Shown piece after piece: positions 16,115-26,226 of a stretch of DNA of 64,000 nucleotides. Position 1 is the first letter of the stretch. Every line of letters begins with the position of its first letter. Location: positions 1,761 to 65,760 of the forward strand of contig JBFJOO010000013.1 of NCBI GenBank assembly GCA_041617635.1. The letters are read 5' to 3'. The DNA comes from Burkholderiales bacterium (GTDB taxonomy: Bacteria; Pseudomonadota; Gammaproteobacteria; Burkholderiales; SG8-39). The notes below the pieces were generated by a model that saw only the letters and a list, made by a program, of their open reading frames with translations, was not told the origin of the DNA and searched no databases. The position numbers and the translations under genes are program-made.

Positions 16115-17260
16115 ATGGCCGACTCCGCGCCGACGCGGATCCGCGACCCCGAGATCGACGCCGAGACGGGCGCGGACGGCACGCGCACCATACGGCTCGG
16201 CGGAGCATGGGACATCCGCGCGCTCGAGACCCGAACGCGCGCGCTGGGCGGTGAGCTCGCGGCGTTTGCCGCGCGTGACGCCTGGGACCTGACCGGCATC
16301 GAGCGCCTCGATCACGTTGGCGCGCTGCTCCTCTGGCGCGCGTGGGCAAGGCAGCGTCCCGAGCGGCTGCGGCTCGCACCCGCGCAGGAGCTCTTCTTCG
16401 AGAACCTCGCCCATGCCGACGAAGGGGAGGCCACCGCGCGTCGCCGGTCGCTGCTCGACCCGCTCGCGGCCCTCGGGCGCCGCGCGCTCGGCGTCTGGGG
16501 CCACCTCGTCCGCATCGTTCGCCTCGCCGGGCAGGTCATCCTCGACGGTGCGTGGGTGATCGCCAACCCCTCGCGCGGGCCCTGGCGCGAGCTGTCGGCG
16601 ACGATCCACCGGGCGGGCGCGCAGGCGCTCCCCATCACCGCGCTCGTCGGCTTTCTCATCGGGATCGTGTTGAGCTATCTTTCCTCGGAGCAGCTGCGCA
16701 CGTTCGGCGCCGGCATCTACGTCATCAACATCGTCGGCATCGGGATCATCCGCGAGCTCGGACCGGTGCTCGCGGCGATCCTCGTGGCCGGTCGCTCCGG
16801 CTCGGCCATCACGGCGCAGCTCGGCGTGATGCGGGTGACCGAGGAGCTCGACGCGCTCAGGGTGATGGGGATTCCTGCTGGCGTCCGGCTCATCCTGCCG
16901 AAGGTCGTCGGGCTCGCGATCGCGGTGCCGCTCCTGGTGGTGTGGACCAGCGCGGTCGCGTTGATCGGTGCGATGCTCGCGGCGCGCCTCGAGCTGGACA
17001 TCAGCTTCACCCTGTTCATGCAGACGCTGCCGGTCGCGGTGCCGACCGCGAACCTCTGGCTCGGGCTGGTGAAGGGCGCCGTGTTCGGCGCGCTGATCGC
17101 GCTGACCGCTTGCCACTATGGCCTGCGGATCCGGCCGAACACCGAGAGCCTCGGCGCCGGCACCACGCAATCGGTGGTGACCGCGATCACGATCGTGCTC
17201 ATCGTCGACTCGCTGTTCGCGGTCGCGTTCTCCCACATCGGACTCGAGCTCCGTGGCTGA
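16115..17260 (+). CDS. MlaE-family ABC transporter permease with an N-terminal STAS-like extension
   Basis: The MlaE core is present (ITALVGFLIGIVLSY...ELGPVLAAILVAGRSGSAITAQLGVMRVTEELDALRVMG), preceded by an extension of about 110 aa. Confidence 0.8.
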   Translation: MADSAPTRIRDPEIDAETGADGTRTIRLGGAWDIRALETRTRALGGELAAFAARDAWDLTGIERLDHVGALLLWRAWARQRPERLRLAPAQELFFENLAHADEGEATARRRSLLDPLAALGRRALGVWGHLVRIVRLAGQVILDGAWVIANPSRGPWRELSATIHRAGAQALPITALVGFLIGIVLSYLSSEQLRTFGAGIYVINIVGIGIIRELGPVLAAILVAGRSGSAITAQLGVMRVTEELDALRVMGIPAGVRLILPKVVGLAIAVPLLVVWTSAVALIGAMLAARLELDISFTLFMQTLPVAVPTANLWLGLVKGAVFGALIALTACHYGLRIRPNTESLGAGTTQSVVTAITIVLIVDSLFAVAFSHIGLELRG

Positions 17261-18125
17261 GCGCAGGATCGACAAGTCGGCGGAGATTCCTCGGCCCGGG
17301 CCCGGCGCGGAGTCCCCGGGAAGATTGACCGCGCGCGCGCGGACTCCGGAACGACCCGTCATCGCCGTCAAGGGCCTCTGGACCGAGTTCGACACCCACG
17401 TCGTCCATCGCGGCATCGATCTCGAAGTCGATGCCGGCGAGATCCTCGCGCTCGTCGGCGGGTCGGGTAGCGGCAAGACGACACTCCTCCGGCAGATGAT
17501 CGGGCTCGAGCGTCCGAGCCGCGGCAGCGTGGAGGTTTTCGGCTTCAACCTGCGGCAGGCTCCGACGGCGATCCGCGCGAAGATCCGCAAGCGCTGGGGC
17601 GTGCTGTTCCAGGAGGGCGCGCTCTACAGCGCGCTGCCGGTCTACGACAATCTCGCGCTTCCTCTGCGCGAGCTGCGCACGTTCGACGAGGACTTCATCC
17701 GCGACATGGTGCTGCTCAAGCTCGACATGGTGGACATCGAGCGGCGCCACGCCCACCGGATGCCGTCCGAGCTCTCCGGCGGGATGGTGAAGCGCGTCGC
17801 CCTCGCGCGCGCGCTCGTGCTCGAGCCGGAGCTGCTGTTCCTGGACGAGCCAACTGCAGGACTCGACCCGGACCGCAGCGAAAGCTTCGTCACGCTGCTC
17901 GCGTCCCTTCGCGAGCGGCTGGGGCTCACCGTCGTCATGGTGACACACGATCTCGACACGCTGGTCTCGCTCGCCGACCGTGTCGCAGTGCTATTCGCGG
18001 GCGAGCTGATCACGCTCGGCACCGTGTCGGAAGTGGTGCGTGTCGATCATCCCTTCATTCACAATTTCTTCGGCGGCGATCGGGGCCAGCGCGCATTGAG
18101 CGTGCTGCAGCCGCTTGCCCGCTAG
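17253..18125 (+). CDS. ABC transporter ATP-binding protein (MlaF-like)
   Basis: The GTG start overlaps the permease stop. Walker A is GGSGSGKTT, the signature is LSGGMVKR and Walker B is LLFLDEPTAGLD. Confidence 0.85.
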   Translation: MAERRIDKSAEIPRPGPGAESPGRLTARARTPERPVIAVKGLWTEFDTHVVHRGIDLEVDAGEILALVGGSGSGKTTLLRQMIGLERPSRGSVEVFGFNLRQAPTAIRAKIRKRWGVLFQEGALYSALPVYDNLALPLRELRTFDEDFIRDMVLLKLDMVDIERRHAHRMPSELSGGMVKRVALARALVLEPELLFLDEPTAGLDPDRSESFVTLLASLRERLGLTVVMVTHDLDTLVSLADRVAVLFAGELITLGTVSEVVRVDHPFIHNFFGGDRGQRALSVLQPLAR

Positions 18126-18144
18126 GGGAAACCGGGAGAACAAG

Positions 18145-19080
18145 ATGGAAAACAGACCCTATGCGCTGGCCGCGGGATTCTTCGTGCTGCTCCTCTGCGT
18201 CGCGCTCGTCGCGAGCGTGCTCTGGCTCAACCGCGACGAACGCGTGGGCGGAGTGCCCTACGTGGTCACGACGACCCGCGCCGTCTCCGGGCTCAAGGTC
18301 GAGGCGCCGGTACGCTATCGCGGCGTGGACGTCGGCAAGGTCGAGACCATCCGGTTCGACCCGGGCGAGCCCGGCCAGGTCGTGATCGGCATCACGGTCG
18401 ATCCGGACGCGCCAATCACGCGCAGCACCTACGCGCAGCTCGGTTTCCAGGGCGTCACCGGGCTGTCGTTCGTGCAGCTCGACGACGCCGGCGCCGCGCG
18501 CGTGCCGCTTGCGACCTCGGCCGATCTGCCGGCACGCATCCCGATGCGACCGTCGTTGTTCGACACGGGCGAAGGACTGGTCGCAGCGTTCGGCGAGGTG
18601 GTCGACAGCATGAAGAAGCTGCTCGACGACGACAACCAGAAGGTGCTCATCGGCACACTTGCCCGGTTCGACGCCGCCGCCGCGCAGGCGACGCAGCTCG
18701 CGGCGAGCCTGGAGCCGGCCGCGGCGTCGCTCGCACCGCTGCTCGCCGATGCGCGCGCCGCGGTGAAGGACGCGCGAAGTGCGGTGAAACGCGCCGAGGA
18801 CATGGTCGAGTCGATGTCCAGGCTCGCCGCGCAGCTCGAGGAGCGCGCGCCGGCGCTCGGCCAGGTCGGCGACAACGCCGCCGATGTCGGCGCGGCGGCA
18901 CGCGCGATCAACAACGAGACCCTGCCGCGACTGAACGCGCTTGCCGACGAGCTGCGACGCGAGGCGCGCGTGCTGGACCGGGTGCTGACCGGGTTGGCCG
19001 ATCAGCCCCATAGCCTCGTGTTCGGTCCGCCGCCGCCGCGCCCGGGTCCTGGCGAGGCCGGCTTCGAGGCCGGGCGCTGA
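18145..19080 (+). CDS. MCE/MlaD-family substrate-binding protein
   Basis: An N-terminal TM anchor is followed by an MCE domain (GLKVEAPVRYRGVDVGKVETIRF) and an Ala-rich helical C-terminus. Confidence 0.8.
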   Translation: MENRPYALAAGFFVLLLCVALVASVLWLNRDERVGGVPYVVTTTRAVSGLKVEAPVRYRGVDVGKVETIRFDPGEPGQVVIGITVDPDAPITRSTYAQLGFQGVTGLSFVQLDDAGAARVPLATSADLPARIPMRPSLFDTGEGLVAAFGEVVDSMKKLLDDDNQKVLIGTLARFDAAAAQATQLAASLEPAAASLAPLLADARAAVKDARSAVKRAEDMVESMSRLAAQLEERAPALGQVGDNAADVGAAARAINNETLPRLNALADELRREARVLDRVLTGLADQPHSLVFGPPPPRPGPGEAGFEAGR

Positions 19081-19082
19081 CC

Positions 19083-19673
19083 ATGCGCAGGCTCGCGCTT
19101 ATCGGCGTCGCGCTCGCGCTCGCCGCGTGCGTCAACGGTCCGCCGCCGCGGCCGATCGAGTACGACTTCGGCCCCGGCGCGGCGACGCGGGAGGACTCGC
19201 CGCGCCTGCGACGCGAGATCATGGTCGCGGGCGTGACTGCGCCCGCATGGCTCGACTCGCCCGCGCTCATCTACCGCCTCGCATATCGCAATGCGTCGCA
19301 ACCCCAGGCGTACGCCGAGAGCCGCTGGGTCGCGCCACCCGCGGAGCTCTTCACCGCGGAGCTCCGTCAGCGGCTCGCCGCCACGACCCGCAGCGGCGTG
19401 CTCGCGCCAGCCGACGGGGTGCGCACCGCGGTGACCCTGCGCGTCGAGCTGCTGGAGTTCAGCCAGGTGTTCGATGCGCCCGATCGCAGCCATGCGCTCG
19501 TCCGTGTGCGCGCGGCGCTCGTCGCTGACGGACGCCTGGTTGCACAGACGAGCTTGAGCGCCGACCAGCCGGCCGCGAGCGCCGACGCCGCGGGTGGCGC
19601 TCGCGCGCTCACCCTGGCCGTCGATGCCGCGATCGACCGGCTGATCGGCTGGACTGCCGACGCGCTCAAGTGA
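19083..19673 (+). CDS. ABC-type transport auxiliary lipoprotein (DUF330/PqiC-like)
   Basis: A lipobox is present (LALAAC). The gene lies 2 nt after the MCE gene, in the position typical for the lipoprotein component of Mce-like systems. Confidence 0.65.
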   Translation: MRRLALIGVALALAACVNGPPPRPIEYDFGPGAATREDSPRLRREIMVAGVTAPAWLDSPALIYRLAYRNASQPQAYAESRWVAPPAELFTAELRQRLAATTRSGVLAPADGVRTAVTLRVELLEFSQVFDAPDRSHALVRVRAALVADGRLVAQTSLSADQPAASADAAGGARALTLAVDAAIDRLIGWTADALK

Positions 19674-19691
19674 CGCGGGTCTACCGCCCGC

Positions 19692-20381
19692 CTACCGCTT
19701 TGCGCGTTTGCGGGCGGCCTTCTTCTTCGGCGCGTTCTTGAGCTCGGTCTTGGAGAAGTACCAGTCGGCCGTCTCGTAGCCGGCCTTGACACGCGTGTCG
19801 GCGTCGGTCGTCGTCGCGGGCGCCGGCACGATGACTTTCTCGCCCGGTTTCCAGCCTTCCGGCGTGGCGACCGCATGCGCGTCGCTCGTTTGCAGCGCCT
19901 CGAGCAGCCGCAAAAACTCCTCGACGGAGCGGCCGTTCGTCATGGGATAGTAGACGAGCGCGCGGATCTTGCTCCCGGGGTCGATGAAGAAAGTCGCGCG
20001 CACGGTCGAGGTGTCGCTCACTCCGGGCTGGATCATTCCGTAATCGTGCGCCACCTGCATCGAGAGGTCCTCGATGATCGGGAACGGAACGTCGACGCCG
20101 AACTTTTCCTTGATGTTCCGGACCCACGCGATGTGCGCATAGTTGCTGTCGATCGACAGTCCGAGCAGCTCGCAGTTGAGCGCACGGAACCGTGCGTGAT
20201 TGCGCGCAAAGGCGATGAACTCGGTCGTGCAGACCGGCGTGAAATCCGCGGGATGCGAAAAGAGCACCAGCCACTTGCCCCGGTAGTCCTCCAGCGACCG
20301 CGGACCATGCGTCGTCTTCGCCGTGAAGTCGGGCGCCAGCTCGCCGATGCGCGGCAGTCTCGTTTTCCAGACATTCTCCAT
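19692..20381 (-). CDS. Peroxiredoxin (1-Cys Prx6-like)
   Basis: The peroxidatic Cys motif is present (WLVLFSHPADFTPVCTTE), and the protein shows Prx-like similarity over its full length. Confidence 0.85.
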   Translation of the reverse strand: MENVWKTRLPRIGELAPDFTAKTTHGPRSLEDYRGKWLVLFSHPADFTPVCTTEFIAFARNHARFRALNCELLGLSIDSNYAHIAWVRNIKEKFGVDVPFPIIEDLSMQVAHDYGMIQPGVSDTSTVRATFFIDPGSKIRALVYYPMTNGRSVEEFLRLLEALQTSDAHAVATPEGWKPGEKVIVPAPATTTDADTRVKAGYETADWYFSKTELKNAPKKKAARKRAKR

Positions 20382-20401
20382 TACGCGCTCCCTCGATCGA
20401 T

Positions 20402-20818
20402 TCAGTCCTTGAACCGGGCAATGATCTCCGGCGGGATGATGCCCGCCCGCAACCCTTCTGGATCGTGCGGATCACGCAGCCCCCACACCCGCACTTCCTG
20501 CCCCTCGACGATGATCCGTCCGTTGTTGTGCACCCGATGCTCGACGATGAACACCTTGCTGCGCCACTCGCCGACCCATGTCTCGAAGACTATCGTGTCG
20601 CCGAATCGCGCAGGACCCATGAATTTCGCCGACGCATCGACCAGCGGCACGCCCGCCATCCGGTATTTCGGATACATCTCCGGCCACGGCAGCCCGCGCT
20701 CGCGAAACATGCGCTCGGTGGACCGATCGAACCAGTCGAAGTAGCGCGGGTAAAAGACGATGCGCGCGGGATCGCAGTCGGCGAAATCGACGACTACTTC
20801 AAGGCGTGACGGAGTCAT
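20402..20818 (-). CDS. Acyl-CoA thioesterase, 4HBT/YbgC-like hotdog fold
   Basis: An internal ATG gives 138 aa. The motif VVDFADCDPARIVFYPRYFDWF is typical of this family. Confidence 0.7.
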   Translation of the reverse strand: MTPSRLEVVVDFADCDPARIVFYPRYFDWFDRSTERMFRERGLPWPEMYPKYRMAGVPLVDASAKFMGPARFGDTIVFETWVGEWRSKVFIVEHRVHNNGRIIVEGQEVRVWGLRDPHDPEGLRAGIIPPEIIARFKD

Positions 20819-20975
20819 CTGCTCACGGGTTGCGTGCCGGCGCGCCGGCGGGCGGGACGTGCTCGACTTTACCGCCCCGCGCCGACGCCGCCAAGCAGGG
20901 GCTTCGGCCACGCACCTTACGCAGCATTGCCCATTCCCTGTGACCAGCGTAGATTCGCCGGTCGAGCGCCCAATC

Positions 20976-22757
20976 ATGAAACGAGAGAAAGCCGCCAACC
21001 GACCACGCCATGACCAGCCCGCGCCCACGCCGGCCGGTGGCGGCGTGTGGGGCAGCGACGCAATCGCGGCGGCGCTTCGCGCGCTGGAGATCCCCTATCT
21101 CGCGCTAAATCCCGGCGCGAGCTATCGCGGCCTGCACGACAGCATCGTCAACCATCTCGGCAACACGCAGCCGCAGATGCTGCTCTGTCTCCACGAGGAG
21201 AGCGCCGTCTCGATTGCGCAGGGATATGCGAAGGTCAGCGATCGCATGATGGGCGTGGTGCTGCATTCGAACGTCGGATTGATGCATGCCACCATGTCGA
21301 TCTTCAATGCGTGGTGCGATCGCGTTCCCGTGCTCGTCCTGGGCGCAACCGGGCCATGGGACGCCGCCCGGCGCCGCCCATGGATCGACTGGATCCATAC
21401 CGTTTCCGACCAGGGCGCGCTCGTCCGCGACTACACGAAGTGGGACAACCAGCCCGCGTCGGTGCCCGCCGCCTACGAAGCGCTGCTGCGCGCCGTGCAG
21501 ATCGCGGATACCGCGCCGCGCGGGCCGACCTACGTGAATCTCGACGCCGCGCTGCAGGAGACGAAGCTCGATGCGCTTCCGCCACTTCCGGAAATCACGC
21601 GGTATCGCGCGCCCGATCCGGTGATGCCGGCGCCGCACCTCGTTGAGGCCGCCGGGCAGCTGCTCTCGAAGGCGAAAAATCCGGTCATTCTCGCGGGCCG
21701 CGCATCGCGTGGCGAGCGCGGCTGGCGGGAGCGCGTGTCGCTCGCCGAGAAGCTCCAGGCTCAGGTGCTCACGGATCTCAAGATGGCAGCGGCGTTTCCA
21801 ACCGATCATGCGTTGCACGCCGCGCCGCCCGGAGTCTTTCTCGATCCGGCGGCGGCGGAGGTGCTGCGCGGCGCGGACGTGGTGCTCGCGCTCGACTGGA
21901 CGGATCTCGCCGGTACGCTCAAGCAGGCATTGGGCGAGGCGCCGGTCGAAGCGAGGATCATCCGCGTGTCGCCCGACGCCCACGTTCATCGCGGCTGGAG
22001 CATGGATTACCACGGGTTGCCGCCCGCGGACATCTACCTCATGTGCGAAGCGGATGCCGCGGTGCCCGCGCTGCTCGCGGCGGTAAGACCGCGCAAGCCC
22101 GCGCGTGCGCGCGCGCCGAGCGCAAGCCCAGCTGTCGCGTCCGATGTCGTCTCGATCCGGGGGCTCGCGCAGGCGCTCGACGTCGCCACCCGGGATGTCG
22201 AAGTCTGCCTCACCCGCCTACCGCTCGGGTGGAACGGCGAGTACGCGCATTTCCGGCATCCGCTCGACTACATCGGTCTGGAAGGCGGCGGCGGCGTGGG
22301 CGCCGGGCCGGGCATCACCGTCGGCGCGGCGCTCGCGCTCAAGGGCACCGGCCGCCTGCCCGTCGCGATCATGGGCGACGGCGACTTTCTCATGGGATGC
22401 ACCGCCCTCTGGACGGCGACGCACTACCAGTTGCCCTGCCTGATCCTGGTCGCGAACAACCGATCCTTCTTCAATGACGAGCTGCACCAGGAGCGGGTGG
22501 CAAGAGCGCGCGGACGCCCAGTCGAGAACCGGTGGATCGGCCAGCGCATCGACGAGCCGGACATCGATATCGCGATGCTGGCACGCGCGCAGGGCGCCGA
22601 AGGGATCGGCCCGGTCGCGCGCATCGAGGAGCTTGCGCCGGCGATCGCGCGCGGCGTGCGCCTCGCGCAGGGCGGCGCGGTGTGCGTCGTCGACGTGCGG
22701 GTGCTGCCCGGGTACGACACCAACCTCAGCGGCTCCCAAAGCGCCCACAAGCGTTAG
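20976..22757 (+). CDS. Thiamine pyrophosphate-dependent enzyme (acetolactate synthase-like family; substrate unknown)
   Basis: A TPP N-terminal domain is present (LHEESAVSIAQGYAKV...). The C-terminal TPP/Mg motif is GDGDFLMGCTALWTATHYQLPCLILVANN. The start was set at the MKREK ATG and is uncertain. Confidence 0.75.
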   Translation: MKREKAANRPRHDQPAPTPAGGGVWGSDAIAAALRALEIPYLALNPGASYRGLHDSIVNHLGNTQPQMLLCLHEESAVSIAQGYAKVSDRMMGVVLHSNVGLMHATMSIFNAWCDRVPVLVLGATGPWDAARRRPWIDWIHTVSDQGALVRDYTKWDNQPASVPAAYEALLRAVQIADTAPRGPTYVNLDAALQETKLDALPPLPEITRYRAPDPVMPAPHLVEAAGQLLSKAKNPVILAGRASRGERGWRERVSLAEKLQAQVLTDLKMAAAFPTDHALHAAPPGVFLDPAAAEVLRGADVVLALDWTDLAGTLKQALGEAPVEARIIRVSPDAHVHRGWSMDYHGLPPADIYLMCEADAAVPALLAAVRPRKPARARAPSASPAVASDVVSIRGLAQALDVATRDVEVCLTRLPLGWNGEYAHFRHPLDYIGLEGGGGVGAGPGITVGAALALKGTGRLPVAIMGDGDFLMGCTALWTATHYQLPCLILVANNRSFFNDELHQERVARARGRPVENRWIGQRIDEPDIDIAMLARAQGAEGIGPVARIEELAPAIARGVRLAQGGAVCVVDVRVLPGYDTNLSGSQSAHKR

Positions 22758-22781
22758 CACAACGCGGCGGGCCGGCGAATC

Positions 22782-23579
22782 ATGCTTGCGGTCGAGAGCG
22801 TCACGAAGCGCTTCACCACGCCGGAGGGCACCCTGTCCGCGCTCGAAGGCGTGGGGCTCGACGTGCCGAAGGGGCGCTTCGTCGCGCTCATCGGGCCGAG
22901 CGGCTGCGGCAAGTCGACGCTCTTCGGCATCATCGGCGGGCTCGTCGACGGCTACGAGGGCCGCGTGCTGATCGACGGTCACGCCATCGACGGCACGCAT
23001 CGCGACGTCGGCATGGTCTTCCAGGAGGAGTCGACGTTTCCCTGGCTCACCACGATCGAGAACGTCGCGTTTCCGCTCGACGTGACCGCGATGCCGAAGG
23101 CGGAGCGCCTCGAGCGGGCGCAGAAGCTGCTCGCCCTCGTGGGCCTGGAGGGTTTCGAGCACCGCTTCCCCGCCGAGCTCTCGGGCGGGATGCGCCAGCG
23201 CACCGCCATCGCGCGCACGCTCGCGATCGAGCCCAAGCTTCTGCTCATGGACGAGCCGTTCGGCGCGCTCGACGAGCAGACCCGGCTCCTGCTCGGCGAC
23301 CAGGTGCTGCGCATCCACCGCGAGCTCGAGCAGACGACGCTCCTCATCACGCACAGCATCACCGAGGCCGTGCAGCTCGCCGACCAAGTGCTCGTGATGA
23401 CGTACCGCCCGGGACGCATCAAGCGCGTCGTCGAGATCGATCTGCCCCGCCCGCGCTCCTCGGAGATCGTCTCCAGCCCCGAGTTCGGCCGGCTCGTCGC
23501 GACGATCTGGAACGACCTGCGCGAGGAGGCCTCGCGCGGCATGAAGGACTTCGAATCACACGCGCGCGTGGGGCGCTGA
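22782..23579 (+). CDS. ABC transporter ATP-binding protein (NitT/TauT family)
   Basis: Walker A is GPSGCGKST, the signature is LSGGMRQR and Walker B is LLLMDEPFGALD. Confidence 0.85.
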   Translation: MLAVESVTKRFTTPEGTLSALEGVGLDVPKGRFVALIGPSGCGKSTLFGIIGGLVDGYEGRVLIDGHAIDGTHRDVGMVFQEESTFPWLTTIENVAFPLDVTAMPKAERLERAQKLLALVGLEGFEHRFPAELSGGMRQRTAIARTLAIEPKLLLMDEPFGALDEQTRLLLGDQVLRIHRELEQTTLLITHSITEAVQLADQVLVMTYRPGRIKRVVEIDLPRPRSSEIVSSPEFGRLVATIWNDLREEASRGMKDFESHARVGR

Positions 23580-23618
23580 GACCCCCGGCGCATCCATGCA
23601 ACGCCAAAGGAGGAAGCC

Positions 23619-24578
23619 ATGAGAACAATGCTCGGCAAGATACTGGTTTGCGCCGCGGCCGCGGCGCTGACCGGTCACGCGACTGCGCAGGACCAGGTGC
23701 GCGCAGCAGTCGGCCAGCGGGGCAACTGGGACACGCTCATCATCTCCCAGGGTACCGAGGCCGGGATCTTCAAGCGCGAGGGCATCGAGGTCGCGATCAC
23801 CTGGACGCGGGGCGGCGCCGAGACGCTGCAGGCGGTGATCACGGACAGCGCGGATGTGGCGATCGCGAACGGGATACTCGGGGTGATCGGCGCGATATCC
23901 AAGGGCGCCCCCGTGCGGATCGTGAGCTCGGAGATGACCGGCGCGCCGGACATCTACTGGTACGTGAAAGCCGACAGCCCGATCAAGTCGATGAAGGACA
24001 TGGACGGGAAAACGATGGGCTACTCGCGGCCCGGGTCGTCCACCAATCTCGTCGCGCTGGCGCTCGGCGAGTATTTCAAGGTCAAGCCGAACCTCGTTTC
24101 GACCGGCGGCATTCCCGATACGCGCACCCAGGTCATGTCGGGCCAGATCGACGCCGGCTGGGCCGTGCCGCACTTCAACTTCGACCTGGTCAACGAGGGG
24201 AAGATTCGCATCATCACGCGCGGATCCGACGTGCCGGACTTGAACGAGCAGGCGGTGCGCGTCAACGTGGCGAGCGTGAAGTTCCTCACCGACCGGCGTG
24301 ACGTCGCGCGACGGTTCATGAAGGCCTACCACGAAAGCCTCGAGTGGATCTACGCGAACCCGGACAAGGCGACCGAGTTCTACGCCGCGTTCAACAAGAT
24401 CTCGCCCGCGATCGCGAAGCAGACCTACGAAAGCTTCCCGAAAGCGGCGCTCGCGCCTTGGCCGGTGAAAGGGCTCAAGCAGAATCTCGACGACGCGGTG
24501 GCCAACAAGCAGCTCGCCAAGCCGGTCTCCGAGGCCGAAGCGCAGAAGATGCTGTTCGATTTCGTCTTCCAGCCCTGA
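23619..24578 (+). CDS. ABC transporter periplasmic substrate-binding protein (NMT1/THI5-like)
   Basis: A signal peptide is present (MRTMLGKILVCAAAAALTGHATA), and the gene sits between the ATPase and the permeases. Confidence 0.7.
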   Translation: MRTMLGKILVCAAAAALTGHATAQDQVRAAVGQRGNWDTLIISQGTEAGIFKREGIEVAITWTRGGAETLQAVITDSADVAIANGILGVIGAISKGAPVRIVSSEMTGAPDIYWYVKADSPIKSMKDMDGKTMGYSRPGSSTNLVALALGEYFKVKPNLVSTGGIPDTRTQVMSGQIDAGWAVPHFNFDLVNEGKIRIITRGSDVPDLNEQAVRVNVASVKFLTDRRDVARRFMKAYHESLEWIYANPDKATEFYAAFNKISPAIAKQTYESFPKAALAPWPVKGLKQNLDDAVANKQLAKPVSEAEAQKMLFDFVFQP

Positions 24579-24592
24579 CGGCGGGCGCGCGG

Positions 24593-25342
24593 GTGAGCGG
24601 GTCCGTGCGTGCGGCGATCGCGGGGCTATGCGGGGTCGCCGGCGCGGCGGCCCTGCTCGAGCTCGTCGTGCGTGCGGGGTGGATCTCGCCGCTGATCATC
24701 TCGCCGCCGTCCGCCCTCCCGGCCGCGTTCGGCAAGCTCTGGGAGGAAGGCTTCATCGTGCGGCCTTTCGCGCTCACGATCGGGCAGGCGTTCGCCGCGA
24801 CCACGGCGGCGGCGCTGGTGGGAGTCCCGTGGGGCTACTGGTTGTGGCGGCGCCCGTTGCTCGGCGCCGCCTACGAGCCGTGGATCGGCGCGGCGTTCGC
24901 TGCGCCGACGATCCTGCTCTTTCCGCTCTTCCTGGTGCTGTTCGGGCGCGGCTACGCCACGACGATCTTCGTGGGATTTCTCGCGGCGGTGATCCCGGTC
25001 GTCCTCAAGACGCGCGAAGCCTTCATCGGCGTCCCGCGGGTGCTGATCGATGTCGGGCGCAGCTTCCACCTCTCGGACACCGCGCTCCTGCGGCGCATCG
25101 CGTTTCCCGCGGCGGTGCCGGGCATCTTCACCGGATTGCGGCTCGCGCTCATCTACGCAATGGTCAACATCATCGGCATGGAGTTCCTGATCGATTTCGG
25201 CGGGCTTGGCCGGATCGTGTCCGAGATGTATTTCCGCTACGAGATTCCCGGCATGTACGCGGCGATCCTCTTGATCGTCGCGGTGAGCTGGATGTTCCTC
25301 GCCGCACTCGCGCGGCTCGAGACATGGCTGAGACCGCGTTGA
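24593..25342 (+). CDS. ABC transporter permease (NitT/TauT family)
   Basis: GTG start. A BPD-type permease core is present, with an EAA-like loop (VLKTREAFIGVPRVLIDVGRSFHLS). Confidence 0.75.
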   Translation: MSGSVRAAIAGLCGVAGAAALLELVVRAGWISPLIISPPSALPAAFGKLWEEGFIVRPFALTIGQAFAATTAAALVGVPWGYWLWRRPLLGAAYEPWIGAAFAAPTILLFPLFLVLFGRGYATTIFVGFLAAVIPVVLKTREAFIGVPRVLIDVGRSFHLSDTALLRRIAFPAAVPGIFTGLRLALIYAMVNIIGMEFLIDFGGLGRIVSEMYFRYEIPGMYAAILLIVAVSWMFLAALARLETWLRPR

Positions 25343-26124
25343 CGCGTTCCGGACCGCCGAGCGCACCGGCCCGTGCACGCATTCTGCGTACGCGCGTCGC
25401 AACGGTCGCAGTCGTCGCGCTCGCCTGGGAGATCGTGGCGCGCTCCGGATGGCTGTACCAGGATGTGGTGCCGCCGCTCGCGAAAGTGGCGCTGGCGTTC
25501 GCGACGCTGGTCGCCACGCCGGCGACCTATCACCACCTCGGCGTGACCGCGTTCGAGGTCCTGACGGGCTTCGTGCTCGGCTTCCTGGCGGGCGTCGCAT
25601 TCGGCGTGCCGATGGGCGCGCGGCGGCTCTTCGGCGACGCCGTCGGCCCGTACGTGGACGGGCTCGCGACGGCGCCGAAGATCATCTTCCTGCCGATCGC
25701 GATGCTCGCCTTCGGGATCGGCATCGCGTCGAAGATCGCGCTCGCCGCGCTCTCGGCGTTTTTCCCGGTCGCGATCAACACCGCCGCCGGCGTGCGCCAG
25801 ATCGATCCGGTGCTGGTCCGGGTCGGGCGCAGCTTCCGCCTCACCGGCTGGCAGATGGCGACCCGGATCTACCTTCCGGCCATGCGCCCCGCGATCGTCA
25901 CGAGCATGCGGCTCGGGTTCGGGCTGGCGGTGGTCGGCACGCTGCTCGGCGAGATCAAGCTCGCCAACGCCGGCCTCGGCTTTCTGGCGAACGAGCACTA
26001 CAGCAACTTTCGGATTCCCGAGCTTTACGCGGTGCTGCTCCTCGTCTTCATCCTGGCCGTCGGCACCAACAGCCTGATGAGCCGGCTGGGGCGGCGCGGC
26101 GCTGTCAGAGCGCCAGCAGGGTGA
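25324..26124 (+). CDS. ABC transporter permease (second subunit, NitT/TauT family)
   Basis: The ATG overlaps the preceding permease by 19 nt. An EAA-like loop is present (INTAAGVRQIDPVLVRVGRSFRLT). Confidence 0.75.
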   Translation: MAETALTRSGPPSAPARARILRTRVATVAVVALAWEIVARSGWLYQDVVPPLAKVALAFATLVATPATYHHLGVTAFEVLTGFVLGFLAGVAFGVPMGARRLFGDAVGPYVDGLATAPKIIFLPIAMLAFGIGIASKIALAALSAFFPVAINTAAGVRQIDPVLVRVGRSFRLTGWQMATRIYLPAMRPAIVTSMRLGFGLAVVGTLLGEIKLANAGLGFLANEHYSNFRIPELYAVLLLVFILAVGTNSLMSRLGRRGAVRAPAG

Positions 26125-26226
26125 CAGCGTGGACAGCGTCGGTTCGTGAGCGTACCCTCCTCGCGCCAAGCCGGGAGGCCGAAGCAAAGCACCGAAGCAA
26201 ACTTAGATAACAATGAGGAGACTGGG